Source: Trichlorobacter lovleyi SZ
GTDB taxonomy: Bacteria > Desulfobacterota > Desulfuromonadia > Geobacterales > Pseudopelobacteraceae
NCBI RefSeq assembly: GCF_000020385.1
Contig: NC_010814.1
Coordinates: forward strand, 2,550,001-2,582,000
Reading direction: 5' to 3'
Length of the DNA stretch: 32,000 nucleotides
Shown: in pieces, positions 8,880 to 18,070 of the stretch
Numbering within the stretch: the stretch's first letter is position 1
Layout of the letters: the number at the start of each line of letters is the position of its first letter
The notes under the pieces: generated by a model
What the model was told of the DNA's origin: nothing
Seen by the model: only the letters and a program-made list of their open reading frames with translations
The model's database searches: none
Translations under genes and position numbers: made by a program

Positions 8880-8935
8880 AGCACCCTTTCTGCCACAGCT
8901 TCAGACAGCCGCAGCCATACGTGTGCAAGCAAGTG

Positions 8936-10171
8936 TCAGAGCATCCCCACCACGGCGCCGGTCATCAATGATGCCAGTACACCGGCCAGCAATGCCTTGA
9001 GCCCCAGGCCAACGATCTCATTGCGGCGCTCCGGGCAGAGCGTGCCCAGTCCGCCGATCAGGATCCCCAGGCTGCCGAGATTGGCAAAGCTGCACATGGC
9101 ATAGGTCATGATGAGCCTGCTTTTGGGACTGAGCGCTGCCTCCGGCAGGCCGGAAAACTGGATATAGGCCAGAAACTCGTTCAGCACGATCTTGATCCCC
9201 ATCAGCGACCCGGCGGTGACCGCCTCCTGCCAGGGCACCCCGATCAACCAGACCACCGGGGCCAGCAGCAGTCCCAGCATCCGTTCCAGGGTCAGCGGGG
9301 CACCGGCAATATCGGGCAGCTCTCCCAGCCCGATATTGGCCAGCTTCACCAGGGCAACAAACACAATCAGGAGCGCCACAATATTAACCAGGATCTTCAG
9401 GCCGTCCCAGGTCCCCTTGGTCAGCGCATCCATGGCGCTTGAGGCATCATAGGAGGAGATTTCTCCCCCCAGGGTCTGCTCTTCGGTCTCGGGTACGATG
9501 ATGGAGGCAACAACCAGTGCGGCAGGAGCATGGATAATGGAGGCGGTCAGGATATGTCCCAGTGCATCAGGGATGACCTTCTGCAACACCGTGGCGTACA
9601 GCACCAGCATGGTACCGGCAATGCAGGACAGCCCGGTGGCCATCATGGCAAACAGCTCACTGCGGGTCATACGGACCAGATAGGGCCGGATCAACAGCGG
9701 TGCCTCGATCATTCCGAGAAAGATGCAGCCGGAGGCCACCACCCCCAGCGCGCCACCGATCCCCATGGTCGTGCGCAGCAGCCATGAAAAGGCCTGTACC
9801 ACCTTGGGCAGGATACGCCAGTAGTAGAACAACGCGGTCAGGGCACCGATCACCAGCACCATCGGCAGGGCCTGAAAGGCAAGGGAAAAAGAGCCGCCCG
9901 GCGCTGTCTCGACAAACGGCAGCGGCCCGCCCCCCAGGTAACCGAAGACAAAGGAGGTGCCGGCCCGTGTGGCTGTTTCCAGAGCGCCGACCATGGCGTT
10001 TAACCCCAGAAACAGCTGGCGGAACGGCGCGGCCTTCAGCATCAGCAGGGCAATGACAATTTGAAGAGAGACTCCGGCTACGATCAGCCGCCAGTGGATC
10101 ACGCGCCGGTTTTCACTCACCAGCCAGGCAACCCCCAACAGGACAACCATTCCGACAACAGCATGCAGCAT
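8936..10171 (-). CDS. nupC: NupC/NupG-family (CNT) nucleoside:cation symporter
   Basis: Polytopic membrane protein with CNT-family blocks (GTSFVFG, LGLLLAPVVWLIGVPW, MGIKIVLNEFLAY, MCSFANLGSLGI). The ATG at 10171 has an AAGGAG RBS 7 nt upstream; the track uses the TTG at 10174. Confidence 0.85.
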   Translation of the reverse strand: MLHAVVGMVVLLGVAWLVSENRRVIHWRLIVAGVSLQIVIALLMLKAAPFRQLFLGLNAMVGALETATRAGTSFVFGYLGGGPLPFVETAPGGSFSLAFQALPMVLVIGALTALFYYWRILPKVVQAFSWLLRTTMGIGGALGVVASGCIFLGMIEAPLLIRPYLVRMTRSELFAMMATGLSCIAGTMLVLYATVLQKVIPDALGHILTASIIHAPAALVVASIIVPETEEQTLGGEISSYDASSAMDALTKGTWDGLKILVNIVALLIVFVALVKLANIGLGELPDIAGAPLTLERMLGLLLAPVVWLIGVPWQEAVTAGSLMGIKIVLNEFLAYIQFSGLPEAALSPKSRLIMTYAMCSFANLGSLGILIGGLGTLCPERRNEIVGLGLKALLAGVLASLMTGAVVGML

Positions 10172-10394
10172 CAAACAACTCCTTTTCCAGTATCAGCAGA
10201 GGTCTGCCCGGTAGCCGGCAGTTTCCCTCTGCATCCGGCACAACCCGGTGCTGTCTGTAACCATAGCAGACAAATGATGTCAGGCAACCGCTTGCGTCAA
10301 AAATATTCGGCGTTATACTCAAGCCAGCTCAGGGTAGCACCGGGCTGGACCAGCCGGCCGGGACAAACCGGCACCGGCTTTCGAGGAGGGATCT

Positions 10395-11024
10395 ATGACC
10401 GTTCTGAAAATGCTTATCAGGATTGTACCGGCAGCCGTAGCCCTGTTAGCCCTGGCAGGCTGTGCAACCACCAAGATTTCCTCCAGCTGGAAAGACCCGG
10501 CCTACCATGGCCATCCCAACAGGATCATGGTCATCGGAATGACCAAACAGGTCACCAACAGAAGGGTGTTTGAGGATGAATTCGTCCGGTTGATCAAGGC
10601 CGCTGGAACTGACGCGATTGCCAGCTACACGGTACTCTCCGGCAAACTGGATACTGATCACACAGGCATAACCGCAGCAATGAAGCGCCAGGGGGCTGAC
10701 GCGGTCCTGATCACCCGCCTGCTGGAGATCAAGACTGAAAACATCTATGTGCCCGGCACCGTGGATGCCTTGCCGATGCGCTACGAGAGCTGGTCCTATC
10801 ACTACCGCTTTGGCTATGACATGATGTACTCTCCCGGCTATATGGCGGAGGAGCGGTATGCCGTGGTTGAAACCAGCCTGTACGACACAACCGATGACAG
10901 GTTGCTCTGGTCTGCCAAATCCAGAACAGAGCTTAAGGGCGCTGACCACCAGCAGATCAAGTCTATTGTCAAGGCACTGGTCAGCAGTATGACCGAGGAA
11001 CAGATCCTGAAACCGCTCCAATGA
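10395..11024 (+). CDS. Lipoprotein of unknown function (possibly DUF4136-like)
   Basis: GAGGAGGG RBS and signal peptide with lipobox LALAGCATT. No catalytic motif. The family assignment is from memory only. Confidence 0.6.
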   Translation: MTVLKMLIRIVPAAVALLALAGCATTKISSSWKDPAYHGHPNRIMVIGMTKQVTNRRVFEDEFVRLIKAAGTDAIASYTVLSGKLDTDHTGITAAMKRQGADAVLITRLLEIKTENIYVPGTVDALPMRYESWSYHYRFGYDMMYSPGYMAEERYAVVETSLYDTTDDRLLWSAKSRTELKGADHQQIKSIVKALVSSMTEEQILKPLQ

Positions 11025-11063
11025 AAACCGGGCAGGCAACCGGACAGGTGAGAAGCCGTCCCG

Positions 11064-12062
11064 CTATCCCCGGGCTGTGGCCGGCAGCCAGGCGGTGTTG
11101 ACCACGTTGATCGGTTTCCCCTGCAGATACCCGGCCAGATTTGCCGCTACAATGGCGGTCAGTCGCTGCCGGGCCGCCAGTGAGGCCCAGGCGATGTGGG
11201 GGGTAAAGATACAGTTGGGGGCTTGCAGCAACGGGTTTTCCGGCAGCATCGGCTCCACCGACACCACATCCAGACCCGCCCCGGCAATCACACCATCCCG
11301 CAGTGCTGCTGCCAGGTCAGACTCATTCACCAGCCCTCCCCTGGCCACATTGATCAGGAAGGCGCTCCGCTTCATCCGCTCCAGTAGGACTGCATTGACA
11401 AAGCCGCCATTCTCAGTGGTCTGGGGACAGTTAAGTGAGACCACATCCGCCTGGCCGAACAGCTCGTCAAGAGAGACAAACCGCACCAGAGGAAACTCCG
11501 TTGCTGCAGGAGGGCGGGGGGTATAGGCGACAACCTGCATCCCGAAGGCGCTCCCGATCCGGGCCACGGCCCGGCCAATGGCGCCGAATCCGACAATGCC
11601 GAGGGTCAGGCCGGCCAGTTCCACAATCGGCCTCTTCCAGAAGGAGTGGTCCGGGGAGCGAACCCACTCGCCCTGTTTGACCGCCTGATCATGCAGACCG
11701 GCATGGGTGGTCAGCTCCAGCAGCAGGGCAAAGGTGGTCTGGGCCACAGAATCGGTGGAATAGGCCGGTACGTTGGAAACCGTGATCCCCAGCCGTCCGG
11801 CTGCCTCAACATCCACATTATTGTAACCGGTGGCCAGCAGCGAAATAAACCGCAGACCGGGCAGTTGCTGCAGGATAGCGGCAGTCAGCTTGACCTTGCT
11901 GGTCAGGATCACCTCGGCTCCGGCAGCTCTTTCCAGCACCAGTTCTGCAGGGGTGCGGTCATAGATGCTGCAGCGGCCCAGGGCAGTAACCGCATCCCAG
12001 GGATTGTCACCCGGATTGATGGTATAGCCGTCCAGAATAACGATTGCAGGTTCTTCAGACAT
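11064..12062 (-). CDS. D-isomer-specific 2-hydroxyacid dehydrogenase (glycerate/hydroxypyruvate reductase-like)
   Basis: NAD-binding loop GIVGFGAIGRAV, plus NVARGGLV and TPHIAW catalytic contexts. The start is placed at ATG 12062 with a GGGAGGA RBS; the track start is 12083. Confidence 0.85.
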   Translation of the reverse strand: MSEEPAIVILDGYTINPGDNPWDAVTALGRCSIYDRTPAELVLERAAGAEVILTSKVKLTAAILQQLPGLRFISLLATGYNNVDVEAAGRLGITVSNVPAYSTDSVAQTTFALLLELTTHAGLHDQAVKQGEWVRSPDHSFWKRPIVELAGLTLGIVGFGAIGRAVARIGSAFGMQVVAYTPRPPAATEFPLVRFVSLDELFGQADVVSLNCPQTTENGGFVNAVLLERMKRSAFLINVARGGLVNESDLAAALRDGVIAGAGLDVVSVEPMLPENPLLQAPNCIFTPHIAWASLAARQRLTAIVAANLAGYLQGKPINVVNTAWLPATARG

Positions 12063-12175
12063 CGTGTTCCTCCCGGTTCTCAACAGTGCAAGGCTGTTCA
12101 GAGTAGCACAGCGCTCTGATCCGTCAATAGCCTGCTTTGTATACGTAGATTAACGACAGCAAGGCAACTCATTAA

Positions 12176-12204
12176 TTGACGGCACCAAAAAATATTTTTA
12201 TATT
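12176..12204 (+). promoter_or_regulatory. Predicted sigma70-type promoter, TTGACG-17 nt-TATATT, upstream of the CC-motif gene and cstA
   Basis: TTGACG at 12176-12181 and TATATT at 12199-12204, inside an AT-rich divergent intergenic region (12084-12258). Confidence 0.45.
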
Positions 12205-12258
12205 TCAAAACATTCGCCCATGTCTGCGTTGCCCCGATCACCCGGAAAGGCCGTTCGC

Positions 12259-12564
12259 ATGCAACAGCTTCCTGATATAGTTCTCAGCAGCAAGGTGCTG
12301 GCCTACCTGCTCCGGAAGCAGGCCAGCTGCCTGACACTGGAACTGAAACCGCTCATGAGCTGCTGTGTTCCCTACAGCCCGCCCCCCCATATCACCCTGT
12401 CACCACCCGAGATACGATCCCGTTTTCATATGATTCAGCAGGACAGTATCACTATCTACCTGGACCGGTCACTCTGCGATATTCAGCGTCTGACCATTGA
12501 TAAACTCGGCTTCAGTATTTTTTCCTGGCTTTCGGTGACTGACTGGCGGCCTCTGCCGCTCTGA
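12259..12564 (+). CDS. Small (101-aa) protein with a central CC motif; possibly the Cys form of the CC/Se-motif (seleno)protein family
   Basis: The ATG at 12259 is preceded by GGAAAGG; the track start is 12220. The layout is VLAYLLRKQASCLTLELKPLMSCCVPY...ITIYLDRSL. The gene ends 36 nt before cstA. The family recall is from memory and unverified. Confidence 0.45.
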   Translation: MQQLPDIVLSSKVLAYLLRKQASCLTLELKPLMSCCVPYSPPPHITLSPPEIRSRFHMIQQDSITIYLDRSLCDIQRLTIDKLGFSIFSWLSVTDWRPLPL

Positions 12565-12600
12565 TGCACCGGGCCGGTTATTTCCCTTGAAGGAGGCATC

Positions 12601-14544
12601 ATGAATGCCCTGACCCTGGTCTTTGTCGCACTGTGTGTCTTTGCTCTGGCCTACCGCTACTACGGCCTGTTCATAGCCAACAAGGTCCTGAACCTGCAGG
12701 CGGAACGGGCCACCCCGGCGGTGACCCAGGCTGATGGCCACGACTACGTGGCCACCAACAAGTACGTGCTGTTCGGGCACCACTTTGCCGCCATTGCGGC
12801 GGCTGGCCCTTTATTGGGACCGGTGCTGGCAGCCCAGTTCGGTTTCCTGCCCGGTGCACTCTGGATCATCATCGGTGCGGTGGTTGCCGGAGCGGTGCAT
12901 GATATGATCGTGCTGTTCGCCTCGGTGCGTCACCGCGGCAAAAGTCTGTCCCGGATCGCCGAGGTGGAGATCGGCACCGTGATCGGCAAGGTGGCCTCGG
13001 TAGCGATCCTGTTCATCCTGATCCTGACCCTGGCCGGTCTGGCCATCGCCGTGGTCAATGCCATGTACAACAGCCCCTGGAGCACCTTCACCGTGGTCTG
13101 CACCATCCCTATCGCGCTGATCATGGGGCTCTACCTGCATGTGATCCGGCCCGGCGATGTCAAGGGAGCCAGCGTGATCGGCGTGGTGCTGCTGTTCATT
13201 GCCATCCTGGCAGGACCGCAGGTGGTTGCCAACCCGACCCTGGCCGCCATGTTTACCTTCTCCAAAAAGCAGATCGCCCTGATGATCCCGGTCTACGGTT
13301 TCTTTGCCTCGGTGCTGCCGGTCTGGCTGCTGCTCTGTCCCCGTGACTACCTCTCCACCTACCTCAAGATCGGCACCATTGTGGCCCTGGCCCTGGGGAT
13401 CGCGGTAGTGCATCCCGACCTGCAGATGGCACCGCTCACCAAGTACACTGGTGGTGGCGGACCGGTCATTCCGGGGGCGGTCTTCCCCTACATCTTCATC
13501 ACCATCGCCTGCGGTGCCCTCTCCGGCTTCCATGCCATCATCGGCACCGGTACCACCCCCAAGATGATCAGCAACGAGCGCGATGTGCTGTTTGTGGGGT
13601 ACGGTGCCATGCTGACCGAGGGTTTCGTGGCGATCATGGCCCTGATAGCGGCCTGCGTGCTGGTGCCGGCCGACTATTTTGCCATCAACACCACCCCGGC
13701 CATCTTCCAGAAGCTGGGGATGGCCACCGTCAACCTGACCGAGCTTTCCACCCAGGTGGGTGAACAGGTCCAGGGCCGACCCGGCGGTGCGGTCTCGCTG
13801 GCAGTGGGCATGGCCTACATCTTTTCCTCAATTCCGTTCATGAAGGGGATGATGGCCTACTGGTACCACTTTGCGATCATGTTTGAGGCGGTCTTCATCC
13901 TGACCGCCGTGGATACCGGCACACGGGTGGGACGCTACATGCTGCAGGAGATGCTGGGCAAGGTCTGGGTTCGTTTCACCGACAATCGCTGGACCCCCGG
14001 CATCGCCGTTACCAGTCTGATCTTTACCGGAGCCTGGGGCTACCTGGTCTACACCGGCGACATCGGCACCATCTGGCCCCTGTTCGGCATGAGCAATCAG
14101 CTGCTGGCCACCTGCGGTCTGATTGTCGGTACCACCATGCTGATCAGGCTGGGCAAAGTCAGATACGCCTGGATCACCGCCATTCCCGGCTTCTTCATGA
14201 TCCCGGTCACCATGAGCGCCGGCTACCTTAACATCACCCAAAACTACATCCCCAAGCTGCTGGGATCAAAAAAGGCGATCGAGGCTGCCACTGCCCTGGG
14301 GCAGAAACCGCTGCCGGCTGATCTGGCCCTGCAGCACCAGATGCCGATCCTGATCACCCTTTCCGTGATCCTGATGATCATGATGGCGATTGTCTTTGTG
14401 GGGGCCTTTTACCGCTGGTACCAGCTGTTCAGGATTCAGGAAACAGTACAGGACAGCCATGGCGATTCCGTACTGGCATTGGCTGAAATACCGCCTGACC
14501 CGGTGGGCATGCAGCGGGAACCGTTGATGACCTCGGAACCGTAG
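12601..14544 (+). CDS. cstA: Carbon starvation protein A (CstA family peptide/pyruvate transporter)
   Basis: 647-aa polytopic protein with GAAGGAGG RBS. The characteristic CstA N-terminus is present (ALAYRYYGLFIANKVL, GHHFAAIAAAGPLLGPVLAAQFG..PG.LWI) along with central blocks (ACGALSGFHA...GTTPKM). Confidence 0.95.
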   Translation: MNALTLVFVALCVFALAYRYYGLFIANKVLNLQAERATPAVTQADGHDYVATNKYVLFGHHFAAIAAAGPLLGPVLAAQFGFLPGALWIIIGAVVAGAVHDMIVLFASVRHRGKSLSRIAEVEIGTVIGKVASVAILFILILTLAGLAIAVVNAMYNSPWSTFTVVCTIPIALIMGLYLHVIRPGDVKGASVIGVVLLFIAILAGPQVVANPTLAAMFTFSKKQIALMIPVYGFFASVLPVWLLLCPRDYLSTYLKIGTIVALALGIAVVHPDLQMAPLTKYTGGGGPVIPGAVFPYIFITIACGALSGFHAIIGTGTTPKMISNERDVLFVGYGAMLTEGFVAIMALIAACVLVPADYFAINTTPAIFQKLGMATVNLTELSTQVGEQVQGRPGGAVSLAVGMAYIFSSIPFMKGMMAYWYHFAIMFEAVFILTAVDTGTRVGRYMLQEMLGKVWVRFTDNRWTPGIAVTSLIFTGAWGYLVYTGDIGTIWPLFGMSNQLLATCGLIVGTTMLIRLGKVRYAWITAIPGFFMIPVTMSAGYLNITQNYIPKLLGSKKAIEAATALGQKPLPADLALQHQMPILITLSVILMIMMAIVFVGAFYRWYQLFRIQETVQDSHGDSVLALAEIPPDPVGMQREPLMTSEP

Positions 14545-14567
14545 GATCAAACAACTTCCCACGTACA

Positions 14568-14597
14568 AACAGGGCCTCCCGCCGGGGAGGCCCTGTT
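14568..14597. terminator. Bidirectional intrinsic-terminator-like hairpin between convergent cstA and the GNAT gene
   Basis: A perfect 13-bp GC-rich stem, AACAGGGCCTCCC / GGGAGGCCCTGTT, with a 4-nt loop. It sits 24 nt after the cstA stop. The flanks are only moderately A/T-rich, so U-tract support is weak. Confidence 0.7.
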
Positions 14598-14630
14598 GTG
14601 TCTGCTCTTGATGTATCGTTACATGACAGC

Positions 14631-15473
14631 TCACCCCAACTCAAAGCTGGTGATGCCGTAGATCTGGTCCAACGGCAGCTCCGGCGCGGGACCACGGTAG
14701 ACACGGGCCGTTTCAAAGACCTTCTGCATCTGATACCGTTCCGCCAACTCCTGCGCAGCCTGGTTGCAGACCGGAATATCCAGGAATACCGGTTGATCAA
14801 CAGCCAGGCCGGCCAGTTCCCGAAAGAGCTGATCCGCAATCTCCGGCGTGTCGGCAAACAACGGTGCAATCTTGAAGCCGCGGTAACAGGGTCGCAGCAG
14901 GCCGTAGCCCACCAGACGGTCGCCATCAGTGACGACACGCCCCTGGCTGCCGGGACGGCTGATCCAGCTCTGCAGAAAGGCTGTCCGCGGGGCCGGGAAG
15001 AAGCGGCGGTCATAGCGTTCCAGTTCCTCAAACGGAACTGACGAAATATCCGCCAGTGTCGCTTCCGCAGGCCTGCCGGCACCTTCGTAGCGGGCGTTGT
15101 AGTGGGCGATGGCAACCCCCATCTGCTGTACATATTTGTCCAGCATCGCCACCACCCCGTCAAGTCCGTAGACGCGGTCACCCATATACTCCATCAAGGC
15201 ATCGCAAAGCTTCATGCCGATGCCGAGGTGCCGCAGCTCCTCTTTTACGATATAGAACCCCAGAAAGCCGTAACGGTCATCGTAGGCAACGGCAGAGGCG
15301 GTGCCGACCGGCTCTCCGTTGATCTCGGCAATAAAGAAACCGTTCGGGTCTGCGGCGTAAAAGGGATCGGCATCATGCAGCCCCGGATTCCAGCCTTCCT
15401 TTTGAGCCCACTCAACAGCCAGCTGCAGATCGTCTTTGTTCATGCGGCGGACAGCTATCGTATTGTTTGACAT
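14631..15473 (-). CDS. GNAT N-acetyltransferase with a YitH-type C-terminal domain
   Basis: The start is placed at ATG 15473 with a GAGGGAA RBS. The track start at 15665 overlaps the upstream gene and is Trp/Arg/Cys-rich junk. The GNAT core reads FFIAEINGEPVGTASAV...FYIVKEELRHLGIGMKL. Confidence 0.8.
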   Translation of the reverse strand: MSNNTIAVRRMNKDDLQLAVEWAQKEGWNPGLHDADPFYAADPNGFFIAEINGEPVGTASAVAYDDRYGFLGFYIVKEELRHLGIGMKLCDALMEYMGDRVYGLDGVVAMLDKYVQQMGVAIAHYNARYEGAGRPAEATLADISSVPFEELERYDRRFFPAPRTAFLQSWISRPGSQGRVVTDGDRLVGYGLLRPCYRGFKIAPLFADTPEIADQLFRELAGLAVDQPVFLDIPVCNQAAQELAERYQMQKVFETARVYRGPAPELPLDQIYGITSFELG

Positions 15474-15513
15474 GGCGATTCCCTCATAGTGTGAATGCAG
15501 CAGGTCTGTGCCG

Positions 15514-16296
15514 TTACTTGGCTCCCTCCACCAGCACCTGCGTCCTGATCCATTTAGCCAGGATCTCCTGCAGGCGCCCTTCGCGCCGCATCCGGGCCAG
15601 TTCCTGATTAAGCTGATCCAGCAGGGCCGGATCATTCTTGCGCACGGCCCAGGCCAGCGGCTCATCGGTCAACGGTTCAAACAGGCCGACCAGCCCCTGA
15701 TGCTGGGTGGCAAGATCTGCGCTGAACCTCCAGACCGTGGGGGCATCATGCACAAAGCAGTCGATACTGCCCTGCTCAAGCGCCCTGATCCCCGCCTCGG
15801 TGGTATCAAAGTGGATGACACCGCCCCAGGCAAAGGTTTTGAGTGCGTATTGTTCTCCGGTACTGCCCTTCTCCACGCCGACCCTGACGCCTGCTGACTG
15901 GTCAAATAGTGCCCTGGGGAAACGTTTGATATCCTTTTCCCGTATCAGCAGCATCTGCCCCACTTTCAGGTAGCTGTTAGTAAAACTGATCTGGCCCTGG
16001 CGTTCAGCGGTTATCGACATCCCGGCCATGATCAGATCTACTTGACCACTCTGCAATGCGGTGATCAGGCGGTCAAACGGGATGATCTCATAGCGGACCC
16101 TGCGACCGGTCTGTTTGGCCAGCTGCTGCGCCAGATCAGGTTCGATCCCGGCCAGTACCCCATCCTGCATAAACGCCAGCGGCGGATAGGTGGGGGCGAT
16201 GCCCACCCGCAGATCAGGGCCGCTTGCACAGCCGCCCATCACCCCCAATAACATCAACAGAAGTGCCAGCACCAACCACTTAAATCCAGATCCCAT
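15514..16296 (-). CDS. Periplasmic solute-binding protein, family 3 (polar amino acid type), lipoprotein; no cognate permease or ATPase in the window
   Basis: The ATG at 16296 has a GAGGAG RBS 8 nt upstream. Lipobox VMGGCASG. SBP_bac_3-like blocks are present (YPPLAF, DLIMAGMSIT.ER, AWAVRKND..L...LN). Confidence 0.8.
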   Translation of the reverse strand: MGSGFKWLVLALLLMLLGVMGGCASGPDLRVGIAPTYPPLAFMQDGVLAGIEPDLAQQLAKQTGRRVRYEIIPFDRLITALQSGQVDLIMAGMSITAERQGQISFTNSYLKVGQMLLIREKDIKRFPRALFDQSAGVRVGVEKGSTGEQYALKTFAWGGVIHFDTTEAGIRALEQGSIDCFVHDAPTVWRFSADLATQHQGLVGLFEPLTDEPLAWAVRKNDPALLDQLNQELARMRREGRLQEILAKWIRTQVLVEGAK

Positions 16297-16357
16297 CGTT
16301 CCCACTCCTCATCATGTTGTACGTGCGCAGCATGCTGACCGGCAGCAGGGGTGCCTG

Positions 16358-18010
16358 CTACCCTTTGCGCATGGTGGCCCCAAGTCGGCGCAGCCCTGCG
16401 GAACAGTCCAGCTTCTGCACACACATCTCGATCAACACCAGTTTATCCGGTGCTGCAGCTGCGGTCTGCAGGGCGGCATGCAGTTCGCCTTCAGTTGTTA
16501 CCCGGATGCCGAGCCCGCCTGAACCTGCATTGAACAGCTCCGGAAGCGCAGCATAGCGCCACATCCGGATATCATTGTAGGGACCGTCCTCATGCAGCAT
16601 CCGCTCAACCAGGTAGCCGTCGTTGTTGATCACCAGCACAACTGCCGGAATCTGTAACCGCACCAGGGTTGAAACCTCCTGGGCAGTCATCTGGAAAGCG
16701 CCGTCACCGGTCATGACCACCGGTCGTCTGCCGGGCCGGGCCAGCCTTGCCCCCAGCGCAGCAGGGGTGCAGTAGCCGATTGAGGAGTAGAAGGACTGGA
16801 CAATGAAGCGCTCCGCCTCTTCAATGGTAAACTCCGGTGCTGCACAGAAGGCATCACCCGGTTCCGCTAACAGAATCATGCTGTCATCCAGAAAACCGTG
16901 GATCGCCTCGTACATCCTCGCTGCCGTAAGCGCAGTTGCGGTATCAGGAACAAACGCTCCGCAGGCGGCGCGCGGTTCACCGGGGTGCAGTTCCAGATAG
17001 GAACGGGGACGCAGTCTAGGCACGAGTTCCCGGATCAGATCGCCCGGCAGGATATCGGGATACTGACGATCGCCGATCCGTACCGCATCCCGCCCCACCT
17101 CGATCACCCGCTGTGGATCGATATGGATGCTGAAGATGCCGGTATCCAGGTCAGTCATCCAGGCCCCCAGTGACAGCAGGCAATCGGCCGACTCGATCTG
17201 CTGCTGAACCGCCGGTCTGCTCCAGCCCCCCTGATAGAGGCCGATAAACTGGGGATGCAGCTCCGGCAGGACCGATTTGCTGCTGAGCATGGTGGCAAAG
17301 GGCAGTTCGGCCTGCTCAACCAGCTGCAACAGTGCCGGCCCCAGACCGAAACGGGACACCTCGATACCGGCCAGGATGGCGGGATTGACGGCCCTGTTCA
17401 GAAGCGCTGCAGCGGCATCTGCACAGGCCTTCAGGCTGTCCGGGGCGGAACTTCTGGCAGCCGGCAGCAGGGGCGCAGAGGGGGGCAGGCAGGCAGCGCG
17501 GGCCATATCGGCAGGCAGTTCCAGATAGACCGGCAGTTTGCGGCTGATACAGGTTGCCAGCAGGCGGTCGATCAGTGCCGGTGCCGTCTCCGGGTTATCC
17601 AGCAGGGCAGCATCAACCGTCACCTTCTGGAATATCTCCAGCTGCCGGTTGTAATCCGCCACCAGGTGGTGCACCAGCGCCCCGGCCTTGCGCCGTCCGG
17701 TGGGAGGAGCGCCGCTGATCAGCACCAGCGGCACCATCTCCGCAAACGCACCCGCCACGGCATTCAGAATACTGAAGCCCCCCACCCCGTAGGTCACCAC
17801 GGCACCGCCCAGGCCGTTCAGACGGGCATAGCCGTCGGCGGCATAACCGGCATTCAGTTCATTGCAGGTGCCGACCCACGCAAGCGGGCTCTCGATCACC
17901 TGGTCAAGAAAATCCAGCACGTAATCGCCCGGCACACCAAAGAGATGATTGACTCCCAGCTCCTTCAGGCGCTGCAGCAGATAGGTTGAAACCGTAGATT
18001 CAGTTGGCAT
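16358..18010 (-). CDS. Thiamine-diphosphate-dependent 2-keto-acid decarboxylase (indolepyruvate/phenylpyruvate/pyruvate decarboxylase family)
   Basis: The N-terminus is TVSTYLLQRLKELGVNHLFGVPGDYVLDFLD. The ThDP motif is GDGAFQMTAQEVSTLVRLQIPAVVLVINNDGY. The start is ambiguous between ATG 18010 (used here) and ATG 18049. Confidence 0.8.
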   Translation of the reverse strand: MPTESTVSTYLLQRLKELGVNHLFGVPGDYVLDFLDQVIESPLAWVGTCNELNAGYAADGYARLNGLGGAVVTYGVGGFSILNAVAGAFAEMVPLVLISGAPPTGRRKAGALVHHLVADYNRQLEIFQKVTVDAALLDNPETAPALIDRLLATCISRKLPVYLELPADMARAACLPPSAPLLPAARSSAPDSLKACADAAAALLNRAVNPAILAGIEVSRFGLGPALLQLVEQAELPFATMLSSKSVLPELHPQFIGLYQGGWSRPAVQQQIESADCLLSLGAWMTDLDTGIFSIHIDPQRVIEVGRDAVRIGDRQYPDILPGDLIRELVPRLRPRSYLELHPGEPRAACGAFVPDTATALTAARMYEAIHGFLDDSMILLAEPGDAFCAAPEFTIEEAERFIVQSFYSSIGYCTPAALGARLARPGRRPVVMTGDGAFQMTAQEVSTLVRLQIPAVVLVINNDGYLVERMLHEDGPYNDIRMWRYAALPELFNAGSGGLGIRVTTEGELHAALQTAAAAPDKLVLIEMCVQKLDCSAGLRRLGATMRKG

Positions 18011-18070
18011 CTCTTGGTGCCCCCTTCCATCGGAGATCTGGATAGTCATGGTGCATGATTCCGGCCGGCA

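Noticed and set aside
10196-10232. Possible GEMM-I (c-di-GMP/cGAMP) riboswitch in the nupC leader, suggested by GCAGAGGGAAAC
   Set aside because: It resembles the GCACAGGGCAAACC segment only superficially. The second conserved ACGCAAAGC-type segment and the two-hairpin tetraloop/receptor layout are absent.
15474-15665. N-terminal extensions of track ORFs (GNAT to 15665, MliC-cupin to 7655, dehydrogenase to 12083, kinase from 20757, CC-motif ORF from 12220, lipoprotein to 4296, repeat protein to 4808)
   Set aside because: The extensions overlap neighbouring genes or lack an RBS, and they encode junk-like sequence. Internal ATGs with good Shine-Dalgarno spacing and sensible N-termini (signal peptides, family-typical starts) were preferred.
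16328-16359. 10-bp palindrome CAGCATGCTG (16328-16337) and a 6-bp hairpin, AGCAGG-ggtg-CCTGCT, overlapping the decarboxylase stop codon
   Set aside because: Both are short, have no U-tract and no second copy in the window. Elements like this are expected by chance in GC-rich DNA. They are noted only as a possible weak operon-internal element.
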